Shown here piece after piece: positions 32,738 through 36,922 of a stretch of 36,922 nt of DNA. A model generated the notes under the pieces. The model was not told the DNA's origin. It was given only the letters and a program-made list of their open reading frames with translations, and ran no database searches. Source of the DNA: a virus; the IMG/VR virus record IMGVR_UViG_3300009537_000075, positions 1 to 36,922 of that record; one strand, written 5' to 3'. Position 1 is the stretch's first letter. Each line of letters begins with the position of its first letter. The position numbers were made by a program, and so were the translations under genes.

Positions 32738-32950
32738 ATGAAATTTACGGAAGAATATAACAACCTGCGAGATCGGGTTTTAAAGGAGCTCTTCCGGGCT
32801 CCTGACCAGGTAGGGCATCTGGCAGAAAAGATTGGGGTGCATGAGTACACCTTGATGAGCCTTCTGCGAGGAGAAAAGCCTATAAGAAAACCAACTATCT
32901 TGAAGCTTAAACAGTATTTTGCTACCTTAGATGAAGAAAAAAATCGCTAG
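32738..32950 (+). CDS. Cro/XRE-like helix-turn-helix regulator (70 aa)
   Basis: RBS AAAGGAAAAA. QVGHLAEKIGVHEYTLMSLLRGEKPIRKPTILKLKQYF fits an HTH_XRE-type motif. It is the first gene of the rightward operon. Confidence 0.55.
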   Translation: MKFTEEYNNLRDRVLKELFRAPDQVGHLAEKIGVHEYTLMSLLRGEKPIRKPTILKLKQYFATLDEEKNR

Positions 32951-32986
32951 CTTTATTCTGAAAGAAAAGATCGTGAACATAGAAAG

Positions 32987-33025
32987 AGCCACATTACCGT
33001 TTGAAAGTAATGTGGCTTTATCTTG
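32987..33025 (+). terminator. Rho-independent terminator after the HTH gene
   Basis: Perfect 11-bp stem AGCCACATTAC (32987-32997) with GTAATGTGGCT (33007-33017), followed by TTATCTTG. Confidence 0.55.
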
Positions 33026-33092
33026 TATTATCTTTATCCAACTTCCCTTAATCTACCACAATCTTAGAACAGTTAGTCAGAACCTAAAAAAA

Positions 33093-33198
33093 TTGCAATA
33101 TACAAACATCCGACACCGATACCCACGATACAAGTACCAATCTCGACACCTAACGCGATGCCGATCTCGATTCCGATTCCGATCCCGAAAGTTGCAAT
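33093..33198. repeat. CpG-rich island with (CGATNN) hexamer tandem repeats, flanked by TTGCAATAT direct repeats; possible iteron/origin or operator region
   Basis: CGAT recurs at exact 6-bp spacing at 33156, 33162, 33168, 33174 and 33180, with more copies at 33117 and 33126. TTGCAATAT occurs at 33093-33101 and 33190-33198. The island lies immediately upstream of the initiator-like gene. Confidence 0.35.
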
Positions 33199-34230
33199 AT
33201 GTCAATTAATAGGATCTTAAAAAGATATTTAAATAATAACAATCCTATACCTAAATGTCAAATAAAGGACAAAAATCCTTTATTGTCGGTTGAATCGGAG
33301 CTTGAGAGGGTTCGGGAGTATGTGGCGGGTGCTTCTCGGGGTGACTTAGGTATAATTAATACGCTTCTTGCTCATGATTTAATTCATGAGACCATTTATA
33401 CCACCCAGGGGCGACTGGGAAGAACAGCTGCTCCTGGGCTTGTTCGTGAAACGGTATGCAGACGAACGACTGTATTGCACGAAAATCGTATAATCCACAA
33501 ACAATATCGCGGAATAAAAAAGACATGCCTGTACAAGGTTAACCGTATCTTTTATCGCCCTGAGGCCCGAAATACCCTCGGAAAATACCTCCCCATTCTT
33601 AAGAAAATCACCCTTCTTCTCCTCTTGTCAGTGGCAGAAAAGCCCTATTTAAAAGGAAATGTCACTCAAGTGGTTAAGAAAGATATATATACTTACAATA
33701 CAAGTAACTTAGATAGTAAAGAGGAACCCTTTTATCACAAAGTGAGACGCAAAAAACAAAAAAATACGAGATGGGAGATAATAATGAGCTCTATAACACC
33801 CCTTAATCGAAAGATAAGTATCAATGTAGGCGCCACCCCTTATGCCAGCCTATTGCTATCGGTGTTTCCAGATGACGTTCTCAGTAGGGTATACAAGACT
33901 TATCTTATGAATAAAAAAGACATACAGAACGCAGTGACATGGGTATGGTCTACTGCTAATTCTATTTGCAAAAAAGAGGGAATAAAGTTATACTATAGCG
34001 ATATGTTGAAAGAAGTAAAAGCTGCCGGATACAAACGGGGGGATCGATTGTTACTGCATAGTGATAAAGAATCTCAGTTTCGTTATGATGAGCCAAGGGG
34101 TACCCCTATCAGGGATGCCCAGAGTGCACCTAAAAAACGCACCCAACCTGATCCAAATAATTATTGGGCAAAAATGTTTCCCGTTCCTGATATAATCAAA
34201 AGAAACGAAACATTAAAGGAAGGGTTATGA
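33199..34230 (+). CDS. Winged-helix DNA-binding protein, possible replication initiator (343 aa)
   Basis: Largest early-region ORF. The N-terminal third looks like a winged helix (GDLGIINTLLAHDLIHETIYTTQGRLGRTAAPGLVRETV). The functional call is positional inference only. Confidence 0.3.
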   Translation: MSINRILKRYLNNNNPIPKCQIKDKNPLLSVESELERVREYVAGASRGDLGIINTLLAHDLIHETIYTTQGRLGRTAAPGLVRETVCRRTTVLHENRIIHKQYRGIKKTCLYKVNRIFYRPEARNTLGKYLPILKKITLLLLLSVAEKPYLKGNVTQVVKKDIYTYNTSNLDSKEEPFYHKVRRKKQKNTRWEIIMSSITPLNRKISINVGATPYASLLLSVFPDDVLSRVYKTYLMNKKDIQNAVTWVWSTANSICKKEGIKLYYSDMLKEVKAAGYKRGDRLLLHSDKESQFRYDEPRGTPIRDAQSAPKKRTQPDPNNYWAKMFPVPDIIKRNETLKEGL

Positions 34231-34355
34231 GAGATCTCTTTTTAGGTATAGTAATTGGAATTATGGCATCTATCTGTATAGGGGCCATAGCAACTTATTT
34301 TATTGGAGAAGCACCAGAGGGACCTATTGTTGTTAACCTCAAAATGTCAGAGTAA
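34227..34355 (+). CDS. 42-aa single-TM peptide (MRDLFLGIVIGIMASICIGAIATYFIGEAPEGPIVVNLKMSE)
   Basis: Its ATG overlaps the upstream stop (ATGA). It fills the gap before rusA and is below the ORF-track cutoff. Confidence 0.4.
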   Translation: MRDLFLGIVIGIMASICIGAIATYFIGEAPEGPIVVNLKMSE

Positions 34356-34360
34356 TCCCG

Positions 34361-34747
34361 ATGAAGTACGTAATAATGGGCGACCCAACACCATTAGCAC
34401 GCGCACGACACGGAAAGGGAAGAACATGGGACTCACAAAAACAGTTGAAATTAGTATGGGGAATACACTTGAAAGGACAACACCAGGATAAACCACTCCT
34501 TTTTGGACCCCTTCTTCTCGATATAACGTTTTATATGAAACAACCAAAAACAAAAAAGAATAAAGAAGATAAAGAATCAGGAGACTACCACAAAATAAAA
34601 CCCGATCTTTCAAATCTTGTGAAATTTATAGAAGATGTAGCAACCAACATCCTTTACAAAGACGACTGTCTTATTGCAAAAATAATTGCTACAAAAGTAT
34701 ACGATGAAAACCCAAGAACCGAGTTTACTCTGCAAAGGATCATATGA
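34361..34747 (+). CDS. rusA: RusA-family Holliday junction resolvase
   Basis: 128 aa. KPDLSNLVKFIEDVATNILYKDDCLI matches the RusA catalytic motif (kPDlDNl.K.i.Dal.g....DD..i). Size is typical. Confidence 0.8.
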   Translation: MKYVIMGDPTPLARARHGKGRTWDSQKQLKLVWGIHLKGQHQDKPLLFGPLLLDITFYMKQPKTKKNKEDKESGDYHKIKPDLSNLVKFIEDVATNILYKDDCLIAKIIATKVYDENPRTEFTLQRII

Positions 34748-34998
34748 GCACTATAGTCTTTACTCTTAACATCGTTACCGACTACAAGAAATTTAGCTTC
34801 CTCTTCTACACAACCACTCTTGATGATTTAAAAAATGGAATGAGCACCTTTTTAAAGGGTATTAATAATAAAGACGATGACTTTATTTCCTTGGATGAAA
34901 TTCTTCCCGTCGTGTGGCTTGTGAATAAAAATCCAATGCCTTTTACCAATCTGATCATTCCCAAAAAACAAATCGAATGCATCTATACAGAGATTTAA
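34744..34998 (+). CDS. Hypothetical protein (84 aa)
   Basis: ATGA-coupled to rusA. Compact ORF. Confidence 0.55.
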   Translation: MSTIVFTLNIVTDYKKFSFLFYTTTLDDLKNGMSTFLKGINNKDDDFISLDEILPVVWLVNKNPMPFTNLIIPKKQIECIYTEI

Positions 34999-34999
34999 T

Positions 35000-35233
35000 A
35001 TGGAAACTCTTTACACCGTATTGATCGGAACCTCAGACTCAGAATGGTCTTACGGCCCATACTCCAAAGAAAGAGCCCATGAAATGGTCGAATCAATATA
35101 TGATCAAATCCTCGAAGAAGAACTGTTTATAACTATAGGACCATCCGTATATATAAAATCAGACGAAATCACATCGGTAATGGCTGTTCCGGCACATGAC
35201 CCAACCGATGATTATGAGGAGGAAGAAGATTAA
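35000..35233 (+). CDS. Hypothetical acidic protein (77 aa)
   Basis: Its start lies 1 nt after the upstream stop. Acidic tail DPTDDYEEEED. Confidence 0.55.
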   Translation: METLYTVLIGTSDSEWSYGPYSKERAHEMVESIYDQILEEELFITIGPSVYIKSDEITSVMAVPAHDPTDDYEEEED

Positions 35234-35234
35234 T

Positions 35235-35516
35235 ATGATACGTGTTAATGGAAAGGTCATGTATTGTCAGGACTGTGGGGATGAAGCATGTGTTATATAT
35301 AACGACACTTATTTTTGCTCCGGCTGTAACCATCATACCGATGGAACTGCGCGTGGGTTTGGAAATTTCAATATAGACATCTCAGAGAATATGCAACCTA
35401 AGTGGTCCGCTGTTATCGTTATTGCAGTTCTCTTATTTATCGCTCTCATTGCAGGGCTCTATTTTGGATTCATTCCCATTTGGGCCATCATAATAACTGT
35501 GTTACTTCTACTATGA
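35235..35516 (+). CDS. Zinc-ribbon protein with two C-terminal TM helices (93 aa)
   Basis: ATG 35235. Motif CQDCGDEACVIYNDTYFCSGC, then WSAVIVIAVLLFIALIAGLYFGFIPIWAIIITVLLLL. The track start at 35196 overlaps the previous gene. Confidence 0.55.
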   Translation: MIRVNGKVMYCQDCGDEACVIYNDTYFCSGCNHHTDGTARGFGNFNIDISENMQPKWSAVIVIAVLLFIALIAGLYFGFIPIWAIIITVLLLL

Positions 35517-35803
35517 AAAAGAAGAAAAAAGGCACTCCTCGATCTATCTCTATGATAGCCGGGAGCCGGTATGGACGGTGGACCCTTTTAAGAAGATCTC
35601 GTTATAATAAACCGAGGGCTGCTATGTGGATCTGTGTATGTGATTGTGGGAAACAGGATTCCGTTCGTGGTACAAGTTTACGAATAGGAGAATCAAAGCA
35701 GTGCCGAAACTGTCAGCAAAAACAACTCTTTAAAACAAACACTCATTACACTAGAATGAAAAAAACACGCGGTCCCAAATCTCACTCTTGGAAGGATAAG
35801 TAA
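35513..35803 (+). CDS. Basic zinc-ribbon protein (96 aa)
   Basis: ATGA-coupled ATG 35513. GSRYGRWTLL...WICVCDCGKQDSVRGTSLRIGESKQCRNC is a pattern common in small phage DNA-binding or HNH-associated proteins. Confidence 0.5.
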   Translation: MKKKKKGTPRSISMIAGSRYGRWTLLRRSRYNKPRAAMWICVCDCGKQDSVRGTSLRIGESKQCRNCQQKQLFKTNTHYTRMKKTRGPKSHSWKDK

Positions 35804-36300
35804 TGGCTAAAAAAATCTCTAACCCTAGCAAAATAATAGATAAGGCCGCAAAGCGTAAGTGGGATTCTTATAAGCATATTGGATCCTGGAAGATGACTCC
35901 TTACTCTATGGAGGGCATAAAACGACTAGCAACAGAATTCATCGACTGGGTGCAGACAAGCAAATTCCTTTATCTCGAACGTTTTTGGCTCGAACGTGGG
36001 ATTGGCACTAAAACCATGCAAGATATGCGCGCTCGATGCCCTGAACTCGAAGCCGCTTATGCTTTTGGAAAAGAATGGATGGCCATGAAACGCGAAGAAG
36101 CTATACACGCAAAAGAGGCCGACCGAGAAACAATAGGTTGGAGACAGCCTGCCTATTCGTACGAAGTAAGAGAGGTAGGCGAATGGAAATCCTCACTAAG
36201 ACAAAAAGAAGCAGAGAAGGGATCGGGAAATATAACGGTGCAGATGGAGCGGTACCCCGACTCACCAGACGTCCCTCTTAAACCACAGGGAACGGATTAA
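35803..36300 (+). CDS. terS: Terminase small subunit-like protein (165 aa)
   Basis: RBS AAGGATAAG. IKRLATEFIDWVQTSKFLYLERFWLERGIGTKTMQDMRARCPELEAAYAFGKEWMAMKREE fits the HTH-type small-terminase pattern (L..F....GI...T......PE...A...gK......RE). It lies upstream of terL on the circular map. Confidence 0.5.
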   Translation: MAKKISNPSKIIDKAAKRKWDSYKHIGSWKMTPYSMEGIKRLATEFIDWVQTSKFLYLERFWLERGIGTKTMQDMRARCPELEAAYAFGKEWMAMKREEAIHAKEADRETIGWRQPAYSYEVREVGEWKSSLRQKEAEKGSGNITVQMERYPDSPDVPLKPQGTD

Positions 36301-36387
36301 ACAACGTCAAGAGTGAACAATGCGTGACTGCGTTTTGTAGGAATCAAAAAAGATCCCAAAGGATGATGAATGAGATTGGTTTATTTA

Positions 36388-36416
36388 TTGACTTTAATAT
36401 AGTAATAAGATAATAT
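36388..36416 (+). promoter_or_regulatory. Promoter, near-duplicate of the rightward early promoter
   Basis: TTGACT (36388-36393), 17-nt spacer, TAATAT (36411-36416). It shares TTGACTT...ATTATATTAAT with 32688-32724. Confidence 0.5.
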
Positions 36417-36461
36417 TATATTAATAGATAAAAGGTATAAACCAAAACATTAGGGACGATT

Positions 36462-36824
36462 ATGAAAAAACTCCTACTCATCATCCTGTTTTCAGGAACA
36501 ACCCTTCCACTACCCCCTAAAAGGGAAACTGAGGAACGAGAACTGAGAAGATCTCCAGAGCTCGGCGAGAGAGCTGACATGGAAGAGATCAAATCAATCG
36601 CAGAATCATTGCGGATGGAAGAGCGTTTAAAAATAGAAGAAGATATTGTTGCCGGCTGTTTAGAATGTCGTGACACCTATTTCGATCTAAGCGTTGAGCA
36701 AGAACAGCGCAAGGAGGCACAAGAGACTCTTAGATTAATACAAAGCCATCCGTACTACGAAAGCGCTATTAAGCGCAGTAGTGGTAATTTTGGTTGTATG
36801 CCGGAGTTTCCACACCAACAGTAA
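36462..36824 (+). CDS. Secreted charged protein (120 aa)
   Basis: SD GGGA/AGGA-like. Signal peptide MKKLLLIILFSGTTLPLPP, then an E/R/K-rich helical region with 3 Cys. Its initiation region is identical over 22 nt to that of 32464(-). Confidence 0.65.
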   Translation: MKKLLLIILFSGTTLPLPPKRETEERELRRSPELGERADMEEIKSIAESLRMEERLKIEEDIVAGCLECRDTYFDLSVEQEQRKEAQETLRLIQSHPYYESAIKRSSGNFGCMPEFPHQQ

Positions 36825-36863
36825 ATTATCGTTTGTTCTAGAGCTCCTGTGTCGGACCGTTAG

Positions 36864-36922
36864 GGAGTATTTTTCTAAAGCATTCAACACACAAGGCCTT
36901 GGGTTTCATAATCCGGGCCTTT
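36864..36922. repeat. Terminal direct repeat, copy 2 (identical to 1..59)
   Basis: Exact 59/59 match to the window start. Confidence 0.95.

Noticed and set aside
32931-33209. 92-aa plus-strand ORF that exactly bridges the HTH and initiator-like genes.
   Set aside because: It has no RBS and contains a perfect 11-bp-stem terminator. Its second half is an Arg-rich translation of the CGAT hexamer repeats. It is kept only as an alternative explanation in the finding for 32987..33198.
34303-34491. 62-aa ORF overlapping the rusA start, and other short overlapping track ORFs (5138..5326, 4926..5324, 7445..7636, 6062..6292, 36075..36281 and others).
   Set aside because: They are out of frame with or antisense to better-supported genes, have no RBS, and have atypical composition.

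Overview
The first 59 nt (1..59) are identical to the last 59 nt (36864..36922). The window is therefore one complete, circularly closed or terminally redundant replicon with a unit length of 36,863 bp. Its content is a tailed dsDNA phage with podovirus-like architecture. Genes are tightly packed, mostly have strong AGGA/GGAG ribosome-binding sites, and sit in two large plus-strand blocks plus three minus-strand islands. Order on the circle: (1) small terminase-like gene (35803..36300), two signal-peptide genes, then large terminase (517..1872); (2) portal (2455..4506); (3) small very basic proteins (4564..5948); (4) scaffold-like gene (6521..7291); (5) HK97-fold major capsid (7544..8491); (6) virion proteins carrying a recurring beta-barrel module; (7) adaptor-like gene and a T7 gp12-like nozzle (10635..14438); (8) Q/G-rich internal or ejection-type proteins (15832..17752); (9) an 11-kb receptor-binding locus of about 30% of the genome (18376..29469); (10) an early/recombination region with ERF annealase, RusA resolvase, an HTH regulator and a winged-helix initiator-like protein (30655..35803). 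The receptor-binding locus holds a 1281-aa beta-helix fibre with twelve 93-bp tandem repeats, two modular fibres, a short fibre-tip protein with a Kelch-propeller paralogue, and a free-standing S74-type chaperone domain. I could not recognise a tRNA, rRNA, CRISPR array, reverse transcriptase, integrase, DNA or RNA polymerase, or endolysin. Most interesting observations: a 935-bp AlpA plus truncated-primase cassette, bounded by perfect 33-bp direct repeats, splits a small holin-like membrane-protein gene (29459..30594). A fibre-tip protein pair differs by the precise presence or absence of a six-blade Kelch propeller. A reverse-oriented RHH / secreted-protein / micro-peptide cassette shares overlapping promoters with the giant fibre gene. 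A set of small signal-peptide genes shares an identical 22-nt translation-initiation region. All homology statements come from motif recognition by eye and need HMM or structure searches to confirm.
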